Origin: Candidatus Nanosyncoccus sp.
Lineage (GTDB): Bacteria > Patescibacteriota > Saccharimonadia > Saccharimonadales > Saccharimonadaceae
DNA length: 32,000 nucleotides
Reading direction: 5' to 3'
NCBI GenBank assembly: GCA_045597305.1
Contig: JAZLJF010000009.1
Location: 21,891-53,890 of the forward strand
Shown: positions 23,667-31,813 of the stretch, one piece after another
Layout: each line of letters opens with the position of its first letter
Position numbering within the stretch: position 1 is the stretch's first letter
The notes under the pieces: model-generated
Databases searched by the model: none
What the model saw: only the letters and a program-made list of their open reading frames with translations
What the model was told of the DNA's origin: nothing
Position numbers and translations under genes: made by a program

Positions 23667-23894
23667 ATGGCACAGAATTTAAAGACTGGCGACACAGTAA
23701 AGATTATCTCTGGTGATAATAAAGGTAAAACCGGCAAAATCGTCAAAATGGACGTAAAGGGTCACAAGGCTTTCATCGAAGGTATTGAAGTCCGTGAGCG
23801 TCATATGAAGAAGACTCAATTTAATCCAGCTGGTGGTAAAAAGACTATTCACGTTGGAATTGATCTCTCTAATCTCAAGAAGGAGGGCAAGTAA
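23667..23894 (+). CDS. rplX: Ribosomal protein L24 (short, 75 aa)
   Basis: KOW motif KTGDTVKIISGDNKGKTGKIVK. Confidence 0.9.
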   Translation: MAQNLKTGDTVKIISGDNKGKTGKIVKMDVKGHKAFIEGIEVRERHMKKTQFNPAGGKKTIHVGIDLSNLKKEGK

Positions 23895-24463
23895 TGTCTG
23901 ACTATATTCCAAGATTAAAGGAAAAGTATAACAAAGAGATTGTTAAAACTTTGCAAAAAGAATTAAATCTCGAGAACGTTAACCAAGTACCAAAGCTAGA
24001 GAAAATTATCGTTTCATCTGGTGTTGGCAAAAAGCGTGATGACAAGAAATTTACTGAAACAGTTGATCTTACACTTTCAAAGATTACTGGACAAGCAACA
24101 ACATCGCGTCTTGCAAAGAAATCAATTGCTACCTTCAAAATTCGTAAAGGAATGGGTGCACCAATTGGTTACCTTACAACTCTTCGCGGCGTAAAAATGT
24201 ATGAATTTGCAGATCGTTTAATTAACATTGCATTGCCACATGTACGTGATTTTCACGGTGTATCACTTAAAAGCTTCGATGCTCAAGGCAACTATAGCCT
24301 CGGCCTTAAAGAACAGACAGTTTTCCCTGAAATTACATTCGAAGACGCACAGGTCTTACACGGACTTGAAATTACATTTATTATTAAAAACGGATCTCAA
24401 GAAGGGAGTACCAGATTGTTAGAGCTCTTTGGAATGCCGTTTGAGAAAAAGGAGGATAAGTAA
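23894..24463 (+). CDS. rplE: Ribosomal protein L5
   Basis: [11 protein letters not shown]..., [20 protein letters not shown]. Confidence 0.96.
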   Translation: MSDYIPRLKEKYNKEIVKTLQKELNLENVNQVPKLEKIIVSSGVGKKRDDKKFTETVDLTLSKITGQATTSRLAKKSIATFKIRKGMGAPIGYLTTLRGVKMYEFADRLINIALPHVRDFHGVSLKSFDAQGNYSLGLKEQTVFPEITFEDAQVLHGLEITFIIKNGSQEGSTRLLELFGMPFEKKEDK

Positions 24464-24732
24464 TGGCTAAGAAATCAGCTGTCCTTCGCGACATCAAACG
24501 TCAGAAGATGTACGACAAATATAAAGATAAACGTGCTGCACTAAAAGCGGCTGGTGACCTCGAGGGTCTCCAGAAGCTTCCACGTAACTCTAGTCCAACA
24601 AGACTAAAGAACCGCGATCTATTAGATGGTCGTCCACGTGGATACATGCGCAGATTTGGTCTATCTCGTATTAATTTCCGTGAAAAAGCAAGCAAGGGCG
24701 AAATCCCTGGCGTAACAAAGAGTAGCTGGTAA
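24463..24732 (+). CDS. rpsN: Ribosomal protein S14 (Cys-less long form)
   Basis: [34 protein letters not shown]. No CxxC motifs. Confidence 0.93.
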   Translation: MAKKSAVLRDIKRQKMYDKYKDKRAALKAAGDLEGLQKLPRNSSPTRLKNRDLLDGRPRGYMRRFGLSRINFREKASKGEIPGVTKSSW

Positions 24733-24747
24733 GGAGAAAGGAGAATT

Positions 24748-25149
24748 ATGTCACTACAATCTACTGATCAAATCGCTGACTTGATTACTCGCATCCGTAA
24801 TGCTATTCTTGTTAGCAAAAATGAAGTTTCTGTACCAACTTCTAAACTAAAAGTATCTGTGATCGACGGCCTAAAAAAGGGTGGCTATATTGCAGATTAT
24901 GAAATTGAAAAGTCTCATCCACGAGATATACTTCATGTTCTTATTAATAAAGAAGGTGAAGTAGCAAAGATTAACGAAATTTCAAAGGTATCAAAGCCAG
25001 GACGTCGCGTCTATACATCAGCCGACGAAATTCCAGTAATTAAATCTGGCCGTGGAATCGTTCTAATTTCTACATCTAAAGGAATTATGAGCGGTGCAGA
25101 GGCAAAGAAGTTGCGTCTCGGAGGCGAAATTCTAGTAAAAGTTTGGTAA
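24748..25149 (+). CDS. rpsH: Ribosomal protein S8
   Basis: DQIADLITRIRNA...GGEILVKVW. Confidence 0.96.
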   Translation: MSLQSTDQIADLITRIRNAILVSKNEVSVPTSKLKVSVIDGLKKGGYIADYEIEKSHPRDILHVLINKEGEVAKINEISKVSKPGRRVYTSADEIPVIKSGRGIVLISTSKGIMSGAEAKKLRLGGEILVKVW

Positions 25150-25163
25150 TCGAACTAAATTTT

Positions 25164-25195
25164 AAAACCAACCAGTAATGGTTGGTTTTTTGTTT
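25164..25195 (+). terminator. Rho-independent terminator inside the spc cluster (after rpsH)
   Basis: AAAACCAACC / GGTTGGTTTT stem, AGTAAT loop, T-run. Confidence 0.8.
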
Positions 25196-25228
25196 GAAAT
25201 TAATATCTAATTTACGTATTTAAATTGC

Positions 25229-25257
25229 TTGATTTTTTTGCAATTGTGTGATAAAAT
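25229..25257 (+). promoter_or_regulatory. Internal promoter before rplF (TTGATT-17-TGaTAAAAT)
   Basis: -35 at 25229-25234, 17-nt spacer ending in TGA, -10 TAAAAT at 25252-25257. Confidence 0.6.
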
Positions 25258-25284
25258 AACAAAGATATTAAACAAGGGACGATT

Positions 25285-25821
25285 ATGAGTCGTATCGGAA
25301 AACTACCTGTAGAGATTCCTGCAGGCGTGACAATTACGGTCGGCGACAAGGAGATTACTGTCGCTGGTCCTAAAGGCACGCTTCAGGTTCCTGTTCAGGC
25401 TAATACTACCACGAAGGTAGAAGATAATAAAATCATCGTAACCCGCAAAGATGACGAGCCAGAGTCAAGAGCTTGGCACGGTCTCCAGCGAGCATTACTT
25501 AATAATGCTGTCATAGGTGTTACGTCAGGTTTTGAGAAAAAACTTGAAATTAACGGAGTTGGTTACCGTCTTTCTGGCGGTGGAAAGCAGATTGAGATGG
25601 CGCTTGGCTTTTCTCACCCTGTTAAATACACTGCACCGGATGGTATTGAACTTAAAGTCGACAAGATGGAAATCACAGTTTCTGGCTCTGATAAGCAGAA
25701 GGTTGGTCAGGTCGCTGCTGAAATCCGTGCTCTAAAGAAACCAGAGCCATACAAGGGTAAAGGCATCAAATATGTTGGTGAGCACATTATCCGTAAGGCT
25801 GGAAAGGCAGGTAAGAAATAA
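25285..25821 (+). CDS. rplF: Ribosomal protein L6
   Basis: MSRIGKLPVEIPAGV...EPYKGKGIKY. Confidence 0.96.
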   Translation: MSRIGKLPVEIPAGVTITVGDKEITVAGPKGTLQVPVQANTTTKVEDNKIIVTRKDDEPESRAWHGLQRALLNNAVIGVTSGFEKKLEINGVGYRLSGGGKQIEMALGFSHPVKYTAPDGIELKVDKMEITVSGSDKQKVGQVAAEIRALKKPEPYKGKGIKYVGEHIIRKAGKAGKK

Positions 25822-26150
25822 TGAAAGCTGAATTTCGTGCAAATCGCACTCGCGCAAAAATTCACGGTACAAGTGAGAGACCTCGCCTTACCGTTCATAT
25901 TAGTAATATGCATATTACAGCTCAATTAATTGATGATGATAAGAAGATTACTCTTGCTTATTCTTCAACAGTCGGAAAGAAATTAACTGGTAATATGACT
26001 GAAAAAGCAGCTGTTATTGGTAAAGAAATTGCTGAAAAAGCTAAGAAAGCCAAAGTAAAAACTGTAGTTTTTGATCGTGGATCAAAGCTATATGCAGGTC
26101 GTATGAGCGCACTTGCAGATGCTGCTCGTAAAGAAGGATTGGAGTTCTAG
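25821..26150 (+). CDS. rplR: Ribosomal protein L18
   Basis: RPRLTVHISNMHITAQLIDD...FDRGSKLYAGRMSALADAARKEGLEF. Confidence 0.95.
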   Translation: MKAEFRANRTRAKIHGTSERPRLTVHISNMHITAQLIDDDKKITLAYSSTVGKKLTGNMTEKAAVIGKEIAEKAKKAKVKTVVFDRGSKLYAGRMSALADAARKEGLEF

Positions 26151-26154
26151 TATG

Positions 26155-26826
26155 GCAGAAAATACTAATCAACCAAAAGTAATCAATAAGTCTGGTACAC
26201 TTAAGATGTCAGATGAAACTGCTGCAACTCGCAAGCAGAAAGATATTGGCGGACGCCCATTCGACCGCCGCAATAATCGACGCCGTGATCGCGTAAAGGC
26301 TGACGTTGCTCCAAAAGAATTTGATGAAGTAACGATTAATATCGATCGTGTTTCTCGTACTGTAAAAGGTGGACGCCGTATGCGCTTCAAAGCACTTGTT
26401 GTTGTTGGAAATCACAAAAACAAGATCGGTGTTGGCGTAGCAAAAGGTGGCGATGTTACTGCTGCTGTTCAAAAAGCTGCTACTAAGGCCAAGAAAAACA
26501 TCGTTGAATTTTACTTGGATGGTGAAACAATTTGTCACGAAGTTGAATCAAAGGTAACTGGGGCTCATGTCTTATTGAAGCCAGCAGCTCCTGGTACAGG
26601 TATTATCGCGGGTGGTGTTGTAAGATCGATTATTGGTCTTACAGGGGTAAAGAATCTTATTTCAAAGAGCTTAGGTTCGACAAATAAGGTAAATATCGCT
26701 TATGCAGTCGTCGAAGGCCTTCGTCAACAGGTCCCACGCAAAGAATGGGCAACAACGAAGACGAAATCTGCTACAGATAAGAAATCTTCTGCGAAGAAGC
26801 CTGCAGCTAAGAAGGAGACTAAGTAA
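26155..26826 (+). CDS. rpsE: Ribosomal protein S5 (with ~55-aa N-terminal and Lys-rich C-terminal extensions)
   Basis: ATG 26155 follows a GGAG SD, so the track start at 26113 inside rplR is rejected. Core motifs IDRVSRTVKGGRRMRFKALVVVGN and PAAPGTGIIAGG. Confidence 0.93.
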   Translation, partial: AENTNQPKVINKSGTLKMSDETAATRKQKDIGGRPFDRRNNRRRDRVKADVAPKEFDEVTINIDRVSRTVKGGRRMRFKALVVVGNHKNKIGVGVAKGGDVTAAVQKAATKAKKNIVEFYLDGETICHEVESKVTGAHVLLKPAAPGTGIIAGGVVRSIIGLTGVKNLISKSLGSTNKVNIAYAVVEGLRQQVPRKEWATTKTKSATDKKSSAKKPAAKKETK

Positions 26827-27314
26827 TGAAATATAATGATCTTATTGTAGAAAAAAATACTCGTCCTAATCGCAAAGGTCGTGGTATCTCTGCTGGACAG
26901 GGAAAGACTGCTGGACGTGGTACTAAGGGTCAAAAAGCTCGTACTGGTCATCGAAAAATGCCAGCCGGATTCATGGGCGGACAGCGTGCAATTATGCAAG
27001 CAGTTCCAAAACTAAAAGGTTTTAAATCAATCCATCCAAAAGCTGAGATTGTCTATACCGACCGCTTAAATGATTTGACTGGTAATGTAGATAATTTTGT
27101 ACTTTTTGAAGCTGGATTAATCTCTACTCCATTCACTAAAGTAAAAGTTATTTCACGTGGCGAAGTTACAGCTAAAATTGATCTTTCCACTCAATTTGCT
27201 TCAAGCTCTGCTGTCGAGTTTATTAAAAAGGCTGGCGGTAGCTTCAAGAAAGCTGATATTCCTGCTCGAAAGGTTTCAGAGGATAGTCGTAAGAGTGAAA
27301 AATCCGATAAGTAA
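26826..27314 (+). CDS. rplO: Ribosomal protein L15
   Basis: GRGISAGQGKTAGRGTKGQKARTG. The start overlaps the rpsE stop (TAATG), so rpmD is absent here. Confidence 0.95.
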   Translation: MKYNDLIVEKNTRPNRKGRGISAGQGKTAGRGTKGQKARTGHRKMPAGFMGGQRAIMQAVPKLKGFKSIHPKAEIVYTDRLNDLTGNVDNFVLFEAGLISTPFTKVKVISRGEVTAKIDLSTQFASSSAVEFIKKAGGSFKKADIPARKVSEDSRKSEKSDK

Positions 27315-27332
27315 TAATTAGCTTATCTCAAT

Positions 27333-27360
27333 AAAAGCCTCCATAGAGAGGCTTTTTTTG
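27333..27360 (+). terminator. Rho-independent terminator after rplO
   Basis: AAAAGCCTC / GAGGCTTTT stem, 6-nt loop, T7. Confidence 0.8.
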
Positions 27361-27377
27361 ATTTTTATCTATTTTTC

Positions 27378-27407
27378 TTCGCAAATCTGATAAATCTATG
27401 ATATTAT
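27378..27407 (+). promoter_or_regulatory. Extended -10 promoter for secY (weak -35)
   Basis: TGA TATTAT at 27399-27407, with TTCGCA around 27378-27383. Confidence 0.35.
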
Positions 27408-27428
27408 AGATAAAGAAAGAAGAGTTAT

Positions 27429-28844
27429 ATGCATTTCAAGACTATTTTTAAATCATTTTTGAATAAAGACATGCGCAAACGTATACTCATTGTGCTTGGT
27501 ATTTTTCTTGCTTACCGTTTTCTCGCTCATGTTCCAGTACCACTTGGTGATGCGAACACTTTTAAGGAAGCAGTTGAAAATCTAGTCTCGAAATCCGATT
27601 TTAGTAATTTCTTGAATTTAATTTCTGGTGGCGGACTTACCTCTCTTTCAATTATTCTTGTAGGTTTATCTCCCTTTATTACATCTTCAATCGTTGTTCA
27701 ACTCATTACGAAAGCTATACCGAAGCTTGAAGAGTTATCACAAGATGGTGAGACTGGTCGTCGTAAAATTAACCAATGGACGCGTCGTCTCACTATACCT
27801 CTAGCTATTGTCCAGTCTATTGCGTATATTTTCATCTTAAGAGAGTCAGCCCTTGCAAATACAACTACTGATATTACGCTGTCTTCCGGCCAATGGATTT
27901 TAGCCGTTACATCTATGACAGCCGGTTCAGTTATTCTAATGTGGCTTGGCGAACTTATGACTGAGCAAGGCATCGGAAATGGTATATCTATGATTATTTT
28001 TGCATCTATTATCTCTCAGTTGCCTACTACATTAGCTTCACTAGGAACTACATTATTTAATACTAGTGAAGGTACATTATCTCTCTTTGGCTGGTTCAAT
28101 TTGCCTGTAAATCCTACTGCATTTTGGATTATTCTTGGATTTGCTGTCGCACTTCTTGTCGTGATTTACTTCCTTGTAAAACTAAACGAAGCGCAGCGTA
28201 TTATTACTATAAATTATGCAAAGCGCGTTCACGGTAATAGTAGTTACGGAGGAATTAAATCTATTCTCCCAATTAAATTGATTGCAGCCGGTGTTATTCC
28301 TGTTATCTTTGCGACTTCATTCTTGGCGCTTCCATCCTTAATTGGACAGCTTATTCAATCATTTGATCCTGGAAATAGCTTTGGGCAAACTTTGACGACT
28401 TTGTTTACTGCTCCTTCAGCTCAAAATTTTTCAGCTATGTATCCTAATGGTATTACAGCGCAGTGGTTCCTTTATCCTGCAATGTATTTTGTTTTGGTTG
28501 TGTTATTTACCTATTTTTATACGTCAATCATCTTCAATACAAACGAAATAGCTGACAACTTACAGAAGCAGGGCGGCTTTATCGAAGGCGTCCGTCCTGG
28601 TATCACTACGGCAAATTATCTTTCGAAAGTAGTAAATCGACTAAATCTCTTTGGAGCATTTGCGCTCGGTGTAATTGCGATGTTGCCTTTTATCACAGAT
28701 TATGTCTTTATTATGACCTTAGGATACCCGATTGGCTTATCTATCTCTGGAACTGGGCTATTAATTGTCGTTACAGTAGCACTAGAAAGTCTTCGACAGC
28801 TTGATTCGCGAGCTTTGATGATAACTTACGACGATTACAAGTAA
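27429..28844 (+). CDS. secY: Preprotein translocase subunit SecY
   Basis: Ten-TM architecture. Motifs LGIFLAYRFLAHVPVPL, ISGGGLTSLSI, GETGRRKINQWTR and MWLGELMTEQGIGNGISMIIF. Confidence 0.96.
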   Translation: MHFKTIFKSFLNKDMRKRILIVLGIFLAYRFLAHVPVPLGDANTFKEAVENLVSKSDFSNFLNLISGGGLTSLSIILVGLSPFITSSIVVQLITKAIPKLEELSQDGETGRRKINQWTRRLTIPLAIVQSIAYIFILRESALANTTTDITLSSGQWILAVTSMTAGSVILMWLGELMTEQGIGNGISMIIFASIISQLPTTLASLGTTLFNTSEGTLSLFGWFNLPVNPTAFWIILGFAVALLVVIYFLVKLNEAQRIITINYAKRVHGNSSYGGIKSILPIKLIAAGVIPVIFATSFLALPSLIGQLIQSFDPGNSFGQTLTTLFTAPSAQNFSAMYPNGITAQWFLYPAMYFVLVVLFTYFYTSIIFNTNEIADNLQKQGGFIEGVRPGITTANYLSKVVNRLNLFGAFALGVIAMLPFITDYVFIMTLGYPIGLSISGTGLLIVVTVALESLRQLDSRALMITYDDYK

Positions 28845-28853
28845 AGGGGAAAT

Positions 28854-29717
28854 ATGGCATTGAAGATAAACTGGAAGAAGAAACTTCCGCAAATTATAAC
28901 AGGCGTGATAGTGCTTATGCTTGCTACTTTTATAATTCGTGTTGCTATATGGGAGGCAGATTATTATAGTCGAATGGAGGGTTCAGAACGTAAAATTGTT
29001 GATAGTAGTACTTCTGTGCCTGATTCCGTTGAGGACGTTGATGAGACAAACGTGGATGAATTTATGAAAGCTGCGCATCAGGTAGCGGCTGATCGTCCTA
29101 GATTTCTGTCGATTGAAAAACTCAGTATTGACAGAGCTCGTATCTTTGAGACTGGCGTAAATGTTAATGGACAGATGCAGACACCAGTGAATATCTTTGA
29201 TGTTGGATGGTATCGCGGATCAGATAAGCCGGGATTTGGTGGGACAGCTGTAATTGATGGACATAATGGAGGTCCGACTATGGAGGGTGTTTTCAAACAT
29301 CTTCCTGAGTTGTCGCAAGATGACATTATCCTTATTGAACGGGGTGACGGAAAGTTTTTTCGCTATAAAGTAGTTGAAAATGTCACAGTTTCTCTTAATG
29401 ATGCTGATTCCTATATGAAAAATGCATTCATTTCTCCTGTGGTCGGGAAAGAATCTTTGACTCTTATTACCTGTACTGGTGAATGGTCTCAAGTTCAGCA
29501 GACATACCTTTCGCGACAGTTTGTACGTGCTGTTCTTGTAGAAAATGAGACAAATTTTAAAGAAACTAAAATAATTAACGAACTCGAAGAGAATAGAAAA
29601 AAGAAAGAAGAAGAGGAAAAGCAAAAAGCGATAGAAGAAGCTGTTGAAGCTGAAATCCGTCGACGTCAGGCCGAAGAAGATGAGAAGAATGATTCTACTA
29701 TAATTCGAGGTCAATAA
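28854..29717 (+). CDS. Membrane-anchored sortase-family transpeptidase (class E/F-like) with charged C-terminal tail
   Basis: N-terminal TM LPQIITGVIVLMLATFIIRVAIW, catalytic His in GTAVIDGHNG, Cys in LTLITCTG, and Arg in SRQFVRAVL. AAGGGGA SD, 9 nt after the secY stop. Confidence 0.8.
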   Translation: MALKINWKKKLPQIITGVIVLMLATFIIRVAIWEADYYSRMEGSERKIVDSSTSVPDSVEDVDETNVDEFMKAAHQVAADRPRFLSIEKLSIDRARIFETGVNVNGQMQTPVNIFDVGWYRGSDKPGFGGTAVIDGHNGGPTMEGVFKHLPELSQDDIILIERGDGKFFRYKVVENVTVSLNDADSYMKNAFISPVVGKESLTLITCTGEWSQVQQTYLSRQFVRAVLVENETNFKETKIINELEENRKKKEEEEKQKAIEEAVEAEIRRRQAEEDEKNDSTIIRGQ

Positions 29718-29728
29718 TTAAAAAAGTA

Positions 29729-29757
29729 TTTACTTTATTTTATGTTCGTGATAAAAT
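29729..29757 (+). promoter_or_regulatory. Promoter before infA (TTTACT-17-TGaTAAAAT), implying a ~7-nt leader
   Basis: -10 TAAAAT at 29752-29757 preceded by TGA. The infA ATG is at 29771. Confidence 0.45.
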
Positions 29758-29770
29758 AAAGAAGTAATTT

Positions 29771-29995
29771 ATGGCTAGTCAAAAGGAAGTGATAGAACTC
29801 ACCGGCAAAGTCGTTGAGGCTTTACCTAATACCCAATTTCGGGTTGAACTCGAGAATGGTCATATTATTATTGCCCATATGAGCGGAAAAATGCGTAAAA
29901 ACTATATTCGTCTCGTACCGGGTGATAAGGTGAAGGTTGAGTTGACCCCTTATGATCTCACGAAGGGGCGCATCAGTTTTCGCCTAAAAGATTAA
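29771..29995 (+). CDS. infA: Translation initiation factor IF-1
   Basis: [62 protein letters not shown]. Confidence 0.97.
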   Translation: MASQKEVIELTGKVVEALPNTQFRVELENGHIIIAHMSGKMRKNYIRLVPGDKVKVELTPYDLTKGRISFRLKD

Positions 29996-30189
29996 TATTA
30001 ACTGTTGTAAAAATTACAACAATTCTGAGTAGCGATTCATCTTTTGAACTATTCAATTTAAGTTTATTTTATTTAAGTCTTCCCGACTAGCCAGAATAAG
30101 ATATGACATAAATTAAATAATTCGAGTGATCTTGCGAAGAATTGTAAAAAATCTTTACAACTACTAATAAGGAAAGGATTTTGACACTT

Positions 30190-30306
30190 ATGAAAGTACG
30201 TGCAAGTGTTAAAAAAATCTCCCCTGATGACATCATCGTTCGCAGAAAAGGCGTTCTTCGTGTCATCAATAAGAAGAAACCTAAGAATAAGCAAAGGCAG
30301 GGTTAA
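30190..30306 (+). CDS. rpmJ: Ribosomal protein L36 (Cys-less form); absent from the ORF track because it is only 38 aa
   Basis: Translates to [48 protein letters not shown] lies upstream, and the stop is 2 nt before rpsM. Confidence 0.9.
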   Translation: MKVRASVKKISPDDIIVRRKGVLRVINKKKPKNKQRQG

Positions 30307-30308
30307 GC

Positions 30309-30695
30309 ATGGCAAGAATTGCGAGTGTTGTTATCCCTAACGATAAACAGGTATGGATTGCTCTTACCTATGTTTACGGTATTGGACGCACAACATCAAA
30401 GGCCATCCTTGCGGAGGCTAAAATAGAGCCTACCACTCGGGTGAAAGATCTCACCGAGGCTGAGGAACAAAAAATCAATGATATTATTTCAAATAAATAT
30501 CATGTTGAAGGTGATCTCAGACGCCTCGTGACAAATAATATTAAACGCATCAAGGATATTAATTCCTATAAGGGACTTCGCCATAAGGCAAAGTTACCAG
30601 TCAACGGACAGCGTACTCGTACGAACGCACGCACTCGTAAAGGTAAAGCTATCGCAGTTGGTGGTGCACAACCAAAGGCAGCAAGTAAGACATAG
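30309..30695 (+). CDS. rpsM: Ribosomal protein S13
   Basis: [30 protein letters not shown]. Confidence 0.96.
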   Translation: MARIASVVIPNDKQVWIALTYVYGIGRTTSKAILAEAKIEPTTRVKDLTEAEEQKINDIISNKYHVEGDLRRLVTNNIKRIKDINSYKGLRHKAKLPVNGQRTRTNARTRKGKAIAVGGAQPKAASKT

Positions 30696-30709
30696 GAAAG
30701 GAGTAAAAA

Positions 30710-31180
30710 ATGGCAGAAGAAGAAATTAAGAAAACTGAAGCTGTTGAAGCTCCTGCTGAAGCTACAAAGGCTGAAGCAACTGAAGAAGCTCCAAAAGCTG
30801 CAAGCAAAAGGTCGAAGAAGGGCAAACGAGTCGTTACTTCCGGCCAAATGCATATTCAAGCAACATTTAACAATACAATTATCAGCTTTTCTGATAAAAA
30901 AGGCGAAGTACTTTCTAGTTCTTCCGCTGGAGCAAATGGCTTCCGTGGTAGCAAGAAAGGTACTGCATATGCAGCACAAATCGCCGCAGAGAAGGCTGCT
31001 GAAATCGTGAAGAAAGATCACGGCATGAATAGCGTAGATGTCTACGTAAAAGGTATCGGTCTTGGTCGTGATAGCGCTATTCGCGCAGTTTCAGCTGTAG
31101 GAATGAAAATTGACAGTATCACCGATTTGACTCCAATTGCTCACGGTGGTGTCCGTCCTAAGGGAGAAAGGAAACCATAA
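30710..31180 (+). CDS. rpsK: Ribosomal protein S11 (Ala/Glu/Lys-rich N-terminal extension)
   Basis: GQMHIQATFNNTIISFSDKKGEVL...VKGIGLGRDSAIRA...TDLTPIAHGGVRP. Confidence 0.95.
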   Translation: MAEEEIKKTEAVEAPAEATKAEATEEAPKAASKRSKKGKRVVTSGQMHIQATFNNTIISFSDKKGEVLSSSSAGANGFRGSKKGTAYAAQIAAEKAAEIVKKDHGMNSVDVYVKGIGLGRDSAIRAVSAVGMKIDSITDLTPIAHGGVRPKGERKP

Positions 31181-31797
31181 TGGCAAGAGATAAATCACCT
31201 ATTGTTAAACAAAGCCGTCGCGAGGGCTATGCTCTTGCACCAAAAGCTCAGAAGGTAATGGCTAAAAAGACTGGTATCCCAGGTCAGCACTCAGACATGC
31301 GCGTCCGTGGTGGAAGTCTTTACCTTACGCAACTTCGCGAAAAACAGAAAGTTCGTCGCATCTATGGTCTTTTGGAAAAACAATTTGCTAAATTGATGAA
31401 AGAAGCACAACGCGCTGAAGGTCTTACAGGCGAGAACCTCCTTCAATTCCTAGAGAGACGCGTTGATAACGTTGTTTATCGTGCAGGTTTTGCTACGACT
31501 CGACGTGGTGCTCGTCAATTAGTATCACACGGCCACTTCATTCTGAATGGAAAGAGAATCGATATTCCTTCAATCAGATTGAAGCCAGGAGATGTACTCG
31601 AAGTACGTTCTAAATCTCAGAAATCACAATATTTCAAAAATTTGGAACAAATCATCGGTGCAGCAGGTCAAAATACCGTATCTTGGATTAAGGCTGATGG
31701 TAAGAAGATGAAAATCGAAGTAACCGGTTTGCCAAAGCGCGAAGAAGCAGAGGCGGGCATTAACGAACAATTAATCGTTGAGTACTACTCACGCTAA
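31180..31797 (+). CDS. rpsD: Ribosomal protein S4
   Basis: [18 protein letters not shown] and S4 domain [32 protein letters not shown]. Confidence 0.96.
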   Translation: MARDKSPIVKQSRREGYALAPKAQKVMAKKTGIPGQHSDMRVRGGSLYLTQLREKQKVRRIYGLLEKQFAKLMKEAQRAEGLTGENLLQFLERRVDNVVYRAGFATTRRGARQLVSHGHFILNGKRIDIPSIRLKPGDVLEVRSKSQKSQYFKNLEQIIGAAGQNTVSWIKADGKKMKIEVTGLPKREEAEAGINEQLIVEYYSR

Positions 31798-31813
31798 GGA
31801 GGAAGAACAATTT

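Noticed and set aside
29220-29714. 164-aa minus-strand ORF opposite the sortase gene
   Set aside because: It is antisense to a CDS with an intact sortase catalytic triad. It is Phe/Leu/Ile-rich and low-complexity, a product of AT-rich antisense.
30073-30315. Two minus-strand ORFs (80 and 60 aa) in the infA-rpsM interval
   Set aside because: They run antisense through the clearly identifiable rpmJ gene and the AT-rich spacer. They have no SD and no motifs.
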